In this document: positions 1 through 9,402 of the stretch, one piece after another
Numbering within the stretch: the first letter of the stretch is position 1
Layout of the letters: each line of letters begins with the position of its first letter
Translations under genes and position numbers: made by a program
Origin: Armatimonadota bacterium
GTDB lineage: Bacteria; Armatimonadota; SYMT01
Length of the DNA: 64,000 nt
Direction: 5' to 3'
Assembly: GCA_041690135.1 (NCBI GenBank)
Contig: JAWLHY010000002.1
Coordinates: 128,001-192,000, forward strand
The notes under the pieces: model-generated
Seen by the model: only the letters and a program-made list of their open reading frames with translations
Databases searched by the model: none
What the model was told of the DNA's origin: nothing

Positions 1-20
1 ATCGGACCGGTGTCATCCGC

Positions 21-824
21 ATGGTACAGGCAGAGAGGGAGGCCGATTACGTGGTGAGCTTCCGGATGGGAGAACGCCGCTTCCTGCGCGGGCCGGAGCG
101 GAAAGTCCGGGAGGTGGAGATACCCGCAAGTGTGGAGTTTATTCAAAACGCTACCTTCTCAATCCGCGAGAAGAGTAGCGGGGACGTGCGGGAGGAGCCG
201 ATCCGGGTCACCATCGGTCAGGACTTCTCCAATGATCTCAAGTCCGTGCGCGACTACGATGAGAACGCTCGTAATGCCAAGAGCCCTCGGCAGCGAAAGG
301 CCTGGAAGTTCCTGGCCGATGCCGTATTCGACAGTGTGCAGGGTAAGCAGGAGACCATCCGCACTCGTGGTCCGCGAGCCGCGGAGCAGGATGTTTACGA
401 GCGAGTAGCAGACCGCCTGTACGCCGTGATCGATCTGCAAAGCCGGGTCGAGTCGATTGACTACGACAGAGCCGAACTCACCATCCCACTGGGAAAGCAG
501 CACAACATCGATCCGGGCGCCGCCTTTGATCTTTTCGTGAACGGCGAGCGCCTGACTCTCTCCACCAACACGAAGAACGACGAGGACGGCGAAACCCGCG
601 AGCGAGAGTACTACCTGGCGGAAGTGATCCGTGTTGGCGAAACTTCATCAAAGTGCAAGGTTGTGCGATTCCGCAACCGTCAGGGCCGGCGGGCCAACAA
701 GTTCGAGGACTCGTGGGATCGGTCGGATGCGGCCTTCATGACCCATCGCCTTCCCCAGCCTCGCACGGGCGTAGTTTCCGTTCGCGCGCGTGCGGCTCTC
801 CCGGTTGAGGAAGGTGCGAAATGA
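21..824 (+). CDS. Hypothetical protein, probably 5'-truncated by the window edge; C-terminus resembles the FlgT/CsgG-associated beta domain
   Basis: Frame is open to the window start; segment 'ELTIPLGKQHNIDPGAAFDLF...LAEVIRVGETSSKCKVV' resembles the FlgT C-terminal pattern (by eye). Confidence 0.55.
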   Translation: MVQAEREADYVVSFRMGERRFLRGPERKVREVEIPASVEFIQNATFSIREKSSGDVREEPIRVTIGQDFSNDLKSVRDYDENARNAKSPRQRKAWKFLADAVFDSVQGKQETIRTRGPRAAEQDVYERVADRLYAVIDLQSRVESIDYDRAELTIPLGKQHNIDPGAAFDLFVNGERLTLSTNTKNDEDGETREREYYLAEVIRVGETSSKCKVVRFRNRQGRRANKFEDSWDRSDAAFMTHRLPQPRTGVVSVRARAALPVEEGAK

Positions 825-961
825 GGTGACGGCTGGTTCCAACAGGCGGACTCGCTGACGCTCGGGGTCCCGGCCGATCCACACGATGCAGGCTTAACCT
901 GCTACCGATACTCTTGGACGAAGGCGCGGTGCTGGCCCCGGCTCCGGACCGGCAGCAGCGA

Positions 962-1005
962 CGAGCCCCATCACTCCCGGGCGTGCCCGGGAGTGATGGG
1001 GCTCG
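962..1005. terminator. Perfect GC-rich hairpin between convergent genes, likely bidirectional terminator
   Basis: CGAGCCCCATCACTCCCGGGC-GT-GCCCGGGAGTGATGGGGCTCG, 21-bp perfect inverted repeat; no U-tract. Confidence 0.65.
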
Positions 1006-1057
1006 CCGCTGACCGGAGGACGGTACGGGCCTGTCGGGGCAAGTCTTTCTCCGGGGC

Positions 1058-1543
1058 TCAGTCGACGATGAAGATGATGGTGCCCCGGTCGTTGATCGGA
1101 CCGCCCTCACCCCGGCCGCTCACATTGTAGGTGCCCATGATGACCTCGCCGGTCGCGTTGAGCTGCCCGGTGAGGTTCACTCGCAGGCGGAAACCCTGCT
1201 GATTGACCGCGCCGTTCATCGCAACGCGGCCCGAGTTGCTGACGCCGCCCCGGACCGGAATGGTTTGTACTCCCTTACCCTCTTCAACCAAGAAGTTGCC
1301 CGTAAAGCGGGTACGGCTCTTACTCGTCACCTCGAGGGCCGCATTTACCTGTTGGAACTCCGGGTCCCGGTTGCTCCAGAGAATTGCCTCGTAGAAAGGC
1401 AAGAGGTCGTTGATCGTTGCGGCGGGGCGGCTGTCGTCGGGCGTAAGCAGGTGGTGGACGCCGGCACCCACGGGCGCGAGCGTCAGGAATACGGCGAGTG
1501 ATAGGAACGTCCTGCGGCTGGGCTTTATGAGCTTAATCTGCAT
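1058..1543 (-). CDS. Secreted/membrane-anchored beta-rich hypothetical protein (161 aa)
   Basis: ATG at 1543 preceded by GAGGA; N-terminus MQIKLIKPSRRTFLSLAVFLTLAPVGAG is signal-like (possible Tat SRRTFL); the upstream part of the 372-aa track ORF looks non-coding. Confidence 0.7.
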   Translation of the reverse strand: MQIKLIKPSRRTFLSLAVFLTLAPVGAGVHHLLTPDDSRPAATINDLLPFYEAILWSNRDPEFQQVNAALEVTSKSRTRFTGNFLVEEGKGVQTIPVRGGVSNSGRVAMNGAVNQQGFRLRVNLTGQLNATGEVIMGTYNVSGRGEGGPINDRGTIIFIVD

Positions 1544-1916
1544 GGCGTGTCTTTCCTCGATCGACGTGGGAGGTTTGGCTCCCCGAATGCGCTCCCGGCG
1601 TGGCCGGGAGGACGTCCGGAGAAATGTTCGCCAGACCAACAGGGATCCCCTTGCTGTGAAGGGGTACGGACAGTGGTGCGGCGTGCAGGATCGCTGGGGG
1701 CCACCGGCGTTGCCACGGTCCCGTAGGGTCACCCGGGCATACGCCAACGTGGCCCAACGAGAATCAGGAGGCGGTTTGCTCCACGCAGTTGAAGCAGTCG
1801 AGCCAGTTCTCGTGCGGCAGCCGGGGCAGGGCCCGCGAGCCTTCGCCGCGCTGGAAGACAGGGCGATAGAGAGTCCTGGGCGCTGCGAAAGAAGCCGGTG
1901 TCGTCTTTCCCGCCGG

Positions 1917-3206
1917 TCAGGCCGAACGGCCGCGCCCAGGGTGCGTGCGGGATCTCCTCTTACGAGCCGTGCGGAGGCGCGTTTCGTGGGCCTGGAGACC
2001 GGCCGGCCACTGGATGACGATGCGCCGGTCCTCCCAATCCTCGGCCGCGGCGGCAAGGCGTGACAAATCTGCGGGGGAGTCCATGTCCGGCTCTTCCGGC
2101 GCCGCTCCGGCGAAGTCCCACCGCTCGATGATCCCCGCCGCCTCGCAGCGGTCGAGGGCTCGCTCCAGCATCTCACGCATGCGGGCGGGGTTCCGTCGTT
2201 CGGCGTGGAGCAGGCCGGTCCGCTCCAGCAGGGTGGCGGGACGCAGGCGGAGCGGTTGGTAGCCGTTCATCCGGGCCAGCGGCGCCAGGTAGCCGGCCAG
2301 GCAGAGCGCCCAGCGGTCCCGGTCCGGCCGGAGTTCCAGAAGCCGGCCAGGCACCAGGCCGACGGAGTGATTGAAGGCCCGCCAGACAGGGTCCCCCAAC
2401 GCCTCGCCGGGTGTAAGGCGGAGGGCATGCGGGTCATCATCTCCCGTGGGAAGGCGCTTCCATAGAGGTCCGGTGAGGCGGCAGGTCCGTCCGTCCGGCG
2501 CGCGGTAGTCGATTTCCAGCTCCAGCGTGGTCAGCAGGTCCAACAGGACGGCCGCCTGGCGCTTGTGCGCGGGCCGGTGCGACCCGTTCTGCAGGCGCAC
2601 GTAGCCCAGGTCTCCGCAGAGGCGGGAGAGGGTGAGGCCGAGCACCTTACCTGGATCGCCCCCAGTATCCGCGAAAAAGCGCGCCCAGAGGGCGTAATGG
2701 GCCTTCACCGCGAGCGGTTCGCTTCCGGGCAGTAACGCGCGGACCTGCTCGGGCGGAGGAAGGTGGAATCCGATCTTGCCCCCGAAGTGATCTCGACCGC
2801 TGCGGGGGGCGAGGCGGTGGGCGGCGAACCACCCCTCGGGATCGTTGCCCTCTTCCAGTGCTCCGGGAAGCAGGGCTTCCGCCACGCCCTTCTGGAGGCG
2901 GTCGGCGGGGAAGCGGAGAAACCCCTCCGGAGTGAAAAGGGGTGCCTGCCTTCCCCGTGCGACTCCGGCCCGGATCTCCAATGCCCCGGCCGCCCGGCGC
3001 GCTCTCCGGGCACACCGAAACGGTTGGCGAAGAGTGCGTGGCGGAACAGGATCGGCCTGGAGCAGCACTAGCGAGGGCGCGTCCCCGTCCGGCCATTGCA
3101 GGATCCGGAGCCCCCCGCTCCGGAGGCCCCTTCGACCGCGCGAGATGTAACCCGCGGTGGGAAGGAGAGTTCCACCGGTATTTCCCGACCGACTGTGAGC
3201 CCTCAT
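1917..3206 (-). CDS. Hypothetical protein resembling winged-helix plasmid replication initiators (RepA/TrfA-like); start uncertain
   Basis: 429-aa ORF; segments 'LTLSRLCGDLGY...HKRQAAVLLDLLTTLELEIDY' and 'TLLERTGL...NPARMREMLERALDRCEAAGIIERW' look like two wHTH units. Confidence 0.45.
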   Translation of the reverse strand: MRAHSRSGNTGGTLLPTAGYISRGRRGLRSGGLRILQWPDGDAPSLVLLQADPVPPRTLRQPFRCARRARRAAGALEIRAGVARGRQAPLFTPEGFLRFPADRLQKGVAEALLPGALEEGNDPEGWFAAHRLAPRSGRDHFGGKIGFHLPPPEQVRALLPGSEPLAVKAHYALWARFFADTGGDPGKVLGLTLSRLCGDLGYVRLQNGSHRPAHKRQAAVLLDLLTTLELEIDYRAPDGRTCRLTGPLWKRLPTGDDDPHALRLTPGEALGDPVWRAFNHSVGLVPGRLLELRPDRDRWALCLAGYLAPLARMNGYQPLRLRPATLLERTGLLHAERRNPARMREMLERALDRCEAAGIIERWDFAGAAPEEPDMDSPADLSRLAAAAEDWEDRRIVIQWPAGLQAHETRLRTARKRRSRTHPGRGRSA

Positions 3207-3348
3207 GGCGCCTCCCCAGATGGGATTCTGAATTTTACCGTTTTACGCGTCGGCGGCGGCGAGCACCCACGGCGGGTGCGCTCTCGCGCATTTCCGGCCG
3301 CCTTCTATGAGCTTTACCTGCTTGAGCGAAGCTGTCAATGACCAAGTA

Positions 3349-3510
3349 GTTCACGAAGGCTTACGCCCGGGTACTCATCGAGTGAGTGCGGGTGCGGATT
3401 TCAATCAGCCAGTCAGGGGTTTTCAACTCGTGGAGCGCAGGAGTCCGCGCAGGTTTACGCCCCGAGGGGGTGCGGACTTTGCTCGGCCAGCCCCGGATTT
3501 CAATCCGGGG
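3349..3510 (+). repeat. Two tandem REP-like palindromic units, each carrying the TTTAC micro-insert
   Basis: AGTCCGC-GCAG-[insert 3453-3471]-GCGGACT followed by CCCCGGATTTCAATCCGGGG; degenerate copy at 3349-3433 with long insert 3359-3393. Confidence 0.75.
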
Positions 3511-3520
3511 ACTTTCTCCG

Positions 3521-4972
3521 TCAGGCAGACTGCAAGATCTCCTTGACGATGCGCGCGGGGCGGCCATCGGTAATGCGATGGTCCCGGCCGTTGGAGTGGT
3601 AGATCAGCTTCTCGTGGTCGATGCCGAAGAGGTGAAGCAGGGTGGCCTGATAGTCGTTGGGCGTCACCACATTCTCCACGGCCTTGTGGCCGACTTCGTC
3701 CGTGGCGCCGAAGGTCATCCCGGGCTTGATGCCGCCGCCGGCCAGCCAGATGGAGAAACCCTGGCCGTTGTGGTCGCGACCGGAGGAAGCGTTCAGGTCG
3801 CCCTCGCACACCGGCAAGCGCCCGATCTCGCCGCCCCAGTGGACGATCGTCGTATCGAGCAGGCCCCGCTGCTTCAGGTCCTTCACCAGGGCCGCGGCGG
3901 GCTGGTCCGTGCGACGGCAGATGGCGGGTAGGCCCTTGCGAATGTCGGTGTGGTTGTCCCACGGCTGACCGCCGAGGAAGAGCTGGACGAACCGGACCCC
4001 TCGTTCCACCAGCCGGCGCGCGATCAGGCAGCGCGTGCCGTACTCCTTCGTGGGCTCCTGGTCGAGGCCGTACATTTTGCGGATGTACTCCGGCTCCTGG
4101 GAGACGTCCAGCGCTTCCTTCGCCGCGATCTGCATCCGGGCGGCGAGCTCGTAGCTGGAGATGCGGGCCTCCAGGTCGTCCTCTCCGGGATGCCGCTCCA
4201 GGTGGCGGCGGTTCAGCGCCTCCAGGAAGGCCAGGTTGTCCTCCTGGACCGCACCGCGCAGGTGGGCGGGCGGGTCCAGGTTCAGAATACGGGGCTCCTG
4301 GGGGCGGAGCACCGTGCCCTGGTAGAGCGGCGGCATGAACCCACTGGCCCAGTTGTGGGTGCCGTCCACCGGGTGACCTCCGGGGTCGGAGAGCACCATG
4401 TAGGCGGGGAGATCGCGCGAGGTGCTGCCCAGCCCGTAGACGAGCCAACTCCCCAGCGTGGGGCGGCCGGTAACCCCCGCGATGCCCCCGTGGAAGTAGC
4501 GGATGGAAACCTCGTGACCGTTGTGCCCGGTGTGCATCGAGCGGATCACACAGAGGTCGTCCACGATGCCGGCGGTGTGCGGCAGCAACTCGGAGACGTC
4601 CGTGCCGCACTGCCCGTGCTTCGCGAACTTCCAGGGGGTGCCGAACAGCTTCTTACTTGCCCGGTTCACGAAGCTGAAGTGCACGTCTCCGCCGTAGTCC
4701 TTCCCGTGGCTGGCGGTGAGCTCCGGCTTCGGATCGAGCAGGTCTACGTGCGAGGGTCCCCCGTGCATGAAGAGGGAGATCATCGCGTTGGCCCGGGGTG
4801 CAAACTGCGGCGCCCGCGCATTCAGATTGAGCGGCAGGTTTTCCGCCGGCTTGGGCGGGGCTGCCAGGAGACCCTCTTCCTGGAGGAGGTGGGCCAGGGC
4901 AAAGGTGCCGATGCCGAAGGCGGACCGCGAGAGCAGCCAGCGCCGGGTGGGAAGCGTGGGTTCAGTCGACAT
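3521..4972 (-). CDS. DUF1501 domain-containing protein
   Basis: Tat-like TRRWLL; motifs LFMHGGPSHVDLLDPKP, RRLVERGVRFVQL, WDNH, WGGEIGR, GRDHN, WLAGGGIKPG; overlaps the upstream DUF1553 gene as is typical. Confidence 0.92.
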   Translation of the reverse strand: MSTEPTLPTRRWLLSRSAFGIGTFALAHLLQEEGLLAAPPKPAENLPLNLNARAPQFAPRANAMISLFMHGGPSHVDLLDPKPELTASHGKDYGGDVHFSFVNRASKKLFGTPWKFAKHGQCGTDVSELLPHTAGIVDDLCVIRSMHTGHNGHEVSIRYFHGGIAGVTGRPTLGSWLVYGLGSTSRDLPAYMVLSDPGGHPVDGTHNWASGFMPPLYQGTVLRPQEPRILNLDPPAHLRGAVQEDNLAFLEALNRRHLERHPGEDDLEARISSYELAARMQIAAKEALDVSQEPEYIRKMYGLDQEPTKEYGTRCLIARRLVERGVRFVQLFLGGQPWDNHTDIRKGLPAICRRTDQPAAALVKDLKQRGLLDTTIVHWGGEIGRLPVCEGDLNASSGRDHNGQGFSIWLAGGGIKPGMTFGATDEVGHKAVENVVTPNDYQATLLHLFGIDHEKLIYHSNGRDHRITDGRPARIVKEILQSA

Positions 4973-7898
4973 AGAGAAACTCGTTGGAGCTGAGAAGCTG
5001 TTGACAGAGATTCGTCAGGGCCGCCGGTTCGGCCTTCTCAGCGCCGACGGCACCTCGCAGCAGATCGTGCTGCTTGCGGACAAACTGGAGCGCGGCCGCC
5101 GACTCTTCCGCCGTGACCGGCCGGTTGTAGGCGATCTCCCAGGCTAGTGCGACCTGCTTCGCCAGGTCGCCGGGGGCCTCTTTCCGCAGGCGCTCGGCGA
5201 AGTGCCCCGCCTGTTTCAGCACGAAGTCGCTGTTCATCAACGTGAGGGCCTGCGGCGCCGAGTTCGTGGTGATCCGGCGCTCGCAGTTGACCGTCATCAC
5301 GGGAGCGTCGAAGGAGACCAGGAACGAGACCGGCATGCTCCGTCGCACCTGGAGGTAGAGGCTGCGCCGCGGCGAGTCATCCTTCGCGGAGACCTGTCCG
5401 ACGGTGTCTTCCACCAGCGGCACCGGCGGCCCGAACTGCGTGCGATCCAGCCGGCCGGCGACGGCCAGCATCCGGTCGCGCAGGGCCTCCGCATCCAACC
5501 GCCGCACCGGGTACCGGCTGTAGAGCGACCCATCGGAGTCCACGGCCCGCTTCCGGGCATCCGCAACGGAAGCCTGGCGGTAGACGGTGGAGGTCATGAT
5601 GAGACGGTGGAGAGCCTTAAGGGACCAGCCCAGGCCCTCGGCGGGGCCAGCGGTTGGGGGCTGGGGGCCGCCGGACCTGAAGGATGAAGGATGAAGGATG
5701 AAGGATGAACCCTGGGAGCCAGAAGTCGCTGCGGTCGACGGGGAGCCCGTTTCCCCGGCCCCTGGCCCCTGGCCCCTGGCCCCAGTTGCGAACACAGATG
5801 CGAGATAGTCCAGCAACTCCGGATGGGTAGGCAGTGTGCCGAGCTTGCCGAACTCGCCGGGGGTGTCGACGATGCCGCGGCCGAAGTGGTTGAGCCACAC
5901 GCGGTTGACGAGCACGCGGCTCAGAAGCGGGTGCCGGCCGGAGGTGAGGTGGCGCGCCCAGGCAAGGCGGCGGCCGGTGGTCGGCAGGCTGGGATCGTCC
6001 GCCGGGATGTCGACGCGCGCGCCTTCCGGGGCGGCGATTGTCAGGTCTCCCGGAGCGATTGCCTCCTTCGGCGCGCGGTAGTCGCCGCGGTAGAAGAGGC
6101 GGGTCACCGGCACCTGTCCCGGCTCCTCCGTGAGGATGCTGATAAAGTCTTCCAGCGGCCGCTGCGCGCGCTTGGCGGCGATGGCCGCCTGGTCTGCCTT
6201 CAATTCGTCCGCCGCCTTCTGGTTGTACTGGTAGAGCACGCCCGGGGTGATCAGTAGCTTGGGATTCGTGGCGATCAACTGCTTCTGCTCGGCGTTCCGT
6301 TTGTCGGCCGGGGTCTTGAGGGCTTCCCGCAGCTTTTCGCGGAGGGTCGGCTCGAACTTCTGCAGCTCTACCTCCAGCGCCTCGGCCACGTACCGGGCCT
6401 GCTTCTCGTTGAAGGCAGCCTGGAGCTTCTGCGCTTCGGCCTCCACCACGGCGGCCTTGGCCCGCTCTTCATCCGTGTAAAGGGAGTGGAGACGTTGGGC
6501 CGGTGTGCGCCACCGGGCCGGGTTGAGTGACGGCTCGAAGATGGCCCGCAGCCGGAAGTAGTCGGACTGCGGGATCGGGTCGTAGCGGTGGTCGTGGCAC
6601 TGGGCGCAGCCGACGGAGAGGCCCAGCAGGCTGGAGCTGACGATCTTGAGCGTATCGTTGACCACCTGGTTGGTGGCGGCGGGATCGTTTCCCGTGCCAT
6701 CCACGGCGTTCCGCAGGAAGCCGGTAGCCACCAGTTTCTCAATCTGGTCCGGCTTCAGGTTGGCCCAGGGGCGCGGCACCAGCTCGTCTCCCGCAAGTTG
6801 CTCGGTAAGGAACTGGTCGAACGGCTTATCCGCGTTCAGAGAGCGGATGACATAGTCCCGGTACTTGTAGGCGTAATTGCGGGGAGTATCGTTGCTGCCG
6901 TTGCCGTCGGAGTCGGCATAGCCCGCCACATCCAGCCAGTGCCGGCCCCAGCGCTCCCCGTAATGCGGGGAAGCCAGCAGCCGATCGATCATCCGCTCGT
7001 AAGCCTTTGAAGGTTCCGGTTCGGGACAGGCGGAGCCACAGATTTCACAGATTGCCGGGCTAGCCGGAGATGCTCCGGAACTCTTACTCCTACTCCTACT
7101 CCTACTTCCCTCCCCGGCCGCGGTCGCGGCGATCCGGAGGTGTGCTTCCTTCTCCGCCTCGCAATCCTTAAGATACGTCTCCACTTCTTCCGAAGACGGG
7201 GGAAGCCCGGTGAGATCGAAGGCGGCGCGGCGGACCAACGTGAGCGGGTCCGCGTCCGGCGCGAAGGAGAGGCCTTTCTCCCGCAGCTTCTGGAGCACGA
7301 AGGCGTCGATGGGGGTCCGCACCCGGTCCGCGGCCTTGAACTTCGGCGGCTCGGGGCGGCGAAGGGGCTGGAAGAACCAGTAGGCGCGCTCTTCCGGGGT
7401 AATGTCCATTCCCGGTGGTAGTTGTTCCGGCTCGACCCGGCGCGTGGGCGCCCCGGCGGCGATCCACTTCTCGATCACGGCGATCTGCTCGGCCGGGACC
7501 TTCTTCCCCACCGGCGGCATGTCGCCCGCTTTCACCCGCAGCAGCAGTACACTCTGTGCCGGTTGATGGGGGATGAGGCCGGGGCCGCTGTCGCCGCCCT
7601 TCGCGATGAACCGGCGCAGGCGCAGGTCGAGGTTGCCTTCCACCTTCTCGCCGCCGTGGCAGTCGATGCAGTACGCCTTCAGGATGGGCCGGACGTCGTG
7701 CTCGTAGCTGAGGGTGGGCACCGCGGCCTTGACCGTCTTCGCTTCCTTTGCAGTTGCCGGTTTCTTGACCGCGGGCTTTCGCACGGTGCTTTTCCGCGCC
7801 GCTGGCCGGCGGGCCGCGGTGGCCTGGCCGGCGGTGACCCCGCCGGCCAGGGTCAGGCCGCAGAGCGAAAGGGCTACAAGTTGGGGGCGGGGACGCAT
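4962..7898 (-). CDS. Planctomycete cytochrome c / DUF1549 / DUF1553 (PSD1) protein with two repeat-derived in-frame inserts
   Basis: CIDCH and CAQCHDH heme motifs; SPHYGERWGRHWLDVAGYADS; VNRVWLNHFGRGIV; THPELLDYLA; QALTLMN; LLSSNEFLYVD. Confidence 0.93.
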   Translation of the reverse strand: MRPRPQLVALSLCGLTLAGGVTAGQATAARRPAARKSTVRKPAVKKPATAKEAKTVKAAVPTLSYEHDVRPILKAYCIDCHGGEKVEGNLDLRLRRFIAKGGDSGPGLIPHQPAQSVLLLRVKAGDMPPVGKKVPAEQIAVIEKWIAAGAPTRRVEPEQLPPGMDITPEERAYWFFQPLRRPEPPKFKAADRVRTPIDAFVLQKLREKGLSFAPDADPLTLVRRAAFDLTGLPPSSEEVETYLKDCEAEKEAHLRIAATAAGEGSRSRSRSKSSGASPASPAICEICGSACPEPEPSKAYERMIDRLLASPHYGERWGRHWLDVAGYADSDGNGSNDTPRNYAYKYRDYVIRSLNADKPFDQFLTEQLAGDELVPRPWANLKPDQIEKLVATGFLRNAVDGTGNDPAATNQVVNDTLKIVSSSLLGLSVGCAQCHDHRYDPIPQSDYFRLRAIFEPSLNPARWRTPAQRLHSLYTDEERAKAAVVEAEAQKLQAAFNEKQARYVAEALEVELQKFEPTLREKLREALKTPADKRNAEQKQLIATNPKLLITPGVLYQYNQKAADELKADQAAIAAKRAQRPLEDFISILTEEPGQVPVTRLFYRGDYRAPKEAIAPGDLTIAAPEGARVDIPADDPSLPTTGRRLAWARHLTSGRHPLLSRVLVNRVWLNHFGRGIVDTPGEFGKLGTLPTHPELLDYLASVFATGARGQGPGAGETGSPSTAATSGSQGSSFILHPSSFRSGGPQPPTAGPAEGLGWSLKALHRLIMTSTVYRQASVADARKRAVDSDGSLYSRYPVRRLDAEALRDRMLAVAGRLDRTQFGPPVPLVEDTVGQVSAKDDSPRRSLYLQVRRSMPVSFLVSFDAPVMTVNCERRITTNSAPQALTLMNSDFVLKQAGHFAERLRKEAPGDLAKQVALAWEIAYNRPVTAEESAAALQFVRKQHDLLRGAVGAEKAEPAALTNLCQQLLSSNEFLYVD

Positions 7899-8143
7899 CG
7901 CGCACTCCTACAGATCGGCCGGCAAACGATTACCGGAGGGATGAGACACCCGTCGTGGTGCTTTGTGGGTTGAGATTCTCGGGCGTTGGGCGGCCAATTA
8001 CAACGAATGGTGCAATTGTCACCTAAGGGCTAGCTAAGGACAGTACAGCAAAGGAGCGATCCTTCGTCTGATCTAACGGAATTGCTGCCCACGACGCTAA
8101 AACCATGCAGCAGCCAACCAACCTTCGTAAGAAAGGAAAGCCT

Positions 8144-8857
8144 ATGTTCGTTCGCTCACCACGCGCCAGAGGGTTCACCCTGATCGAACTCCTCGTGGTC
8201 ATAGCCATCATCGCTATCCTTGCAGCTATCCTCTTCCCCGTGTTCGCCCGTGCCCGCGAAGCCGCCCGAGCAGCAAACTGTAAGAGCAATCTCAAGCAGC
8301 TTGGGATCGGGATGAACATGTACGTCCAAGATTTTGACGAGGTCTATCCCCATTGGGCCTTTCAGTTCATGGGCACAACCCTTCCGACAGGTTCCCCTAC
8401 GGGCAACGGTGCCACCCAGAATGCTCTCTGGTTCCACATGCTGCATCCGTACATCAAGAATGTCGGGGTGTTTAACTGTCCCAGTAGTACGCCGAGTCCG
8501 GTGGGACGTTATACCGGACAGTACACCGGGACCCTCTCCTACGGGTACAACTATAACGGAGGCAGCCGGGCTACTTCGCACGGCGGTTGCGCGGCAAACT
8601 GTGGAGTCAATATCCCCCTCAGTTCCATGGCCGCCATCGAGGATGTTTCTGGGACGATCCTGATGACTGACGCCAACTACTACGTCACCAGCCCCGGAGA
8701 CGGGACTGCCGACTATGCCAACCGTGTTCGCGCGGCGCACAACGAGATGACGAACGTGGTCTACATCGACGGCCATGTCAAGGCGGTGAAATACAACACC
8801 ATCGTCGCCCCGATCACCTCGGGCGCCTACAAGGCCTGGACCACCAGTCTCGACTGA
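8144..8857 (+). CDS. DUF1559 / prepilin-type N-terminal cleavage protein with H-X9-DG C-terminal motif (paralog 1)
   Basis: G|[29 protein letters not shown]; CKSNLKQ; [15 protein letters not shown]; RBS AAAGGA before ATG 8144. Confidence 0.93.
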   Translation: MFVRSPRARGFTLIELLVVIAIIAILAAILFPVFARAREAARAANCKSNLKQLGIGMNMYVQDFDEVYPHWAFQFMGTTLPTGSPTGNGATQNALWFHMLHPYIKNVGVFNCPSSTPSPVGRYTGQYTGTLSYGYNYNGGSRATSHGGCAANCGVNIPLSSMAAIEDVSGTILMTDANYYVTSPGDGTADYANRVRAAHNEMTNVVYIDGHVKAVKYNTIVAPITSGAYKAWTTSLD

Positions 8858-8906
8858 GCCCAGGCAACTGGTATTCCCGCCGTAGGGTGCCGAGGACGGA
8901 GCGGAA

Positions 8907-8941
8907 GGTAGCGGTTTCGAGGCTGATTTGAGGCCGCTACC
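8907..8941 (+). terminator. Hairpin downstream of pilin-like paralog 1
   Basis: GGTAGCGGTTTC...GAGGCCGCTACC, 12-bp stem with G-U pairs. Confidence 0.45.
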
Positions 8942-8981
8942 GCAGGGCTCTGGAGTCGGCCCCTGCGGCACTTTTGCTTAG

Positions 8982-9137
8982 TACTACAGCCGCAGTTCAC
9001 TGTGCGGAGCGGATGGGTGAGGTGATTCCAGTCGGCGAAGGTTTACACCCGGGTACCCGCTTGCGGGTGTGGGTGCCGACTTAGAGCTTTTTCAGCTTGC
9101 GACTTTGAGCCGCCTAACTAAAAGTGCGGCTGTAGTA
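8982..9137. mobile_element. 156-bp MITE, IS701-family-like
   Basis: Perfect 13-bp terminal inverted repeats TACTACAGCCGCA (8982-8994) / TGCGGCTGTAGTA (9125-9137); flanking TTAG direct repeats (8978-8981, 9138-9141); no transposase ORF. Confidence 0.7.
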
Positions 9138-9402
9138 TTAGAGCTCGCTGCCGAGTTAGAGGGGGACTCCAGACGGACCAATGATGCACACACGTCGGGC
9201 CTTGCACTAGGAAGATGTGCCTTGGAAGGAGAGGTCTGTTGTTCGGGGCATTCACCCGGTGGCTTGACTACCTTAGGTGCAGGAAACCGCAGCCTAACCC
9301 GTAGCCTTACCGTCACAATTTCGCAAAATAATGTGGCGAAACGCCAAAGCTAGCGCTACACTCTAGTCATCCCTGGCGGGTCTCTTGACGAAAGGAGATA
9401 CC

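Noticed and set aside
7036-7054. CEIC as an extra heme or zinc motif in the cytochrome protein
   Set aside because: No following His, and it is explained by an AATCTGTGA nucleotide repeat
7900-9402. c-di-GMP riboswitch or sigma-54 promoter upstream of pilin-like genes
   Set aside because: No GGCAAA...GACGCAAAGC pattern and no correctly spaced GG-N10-GC found
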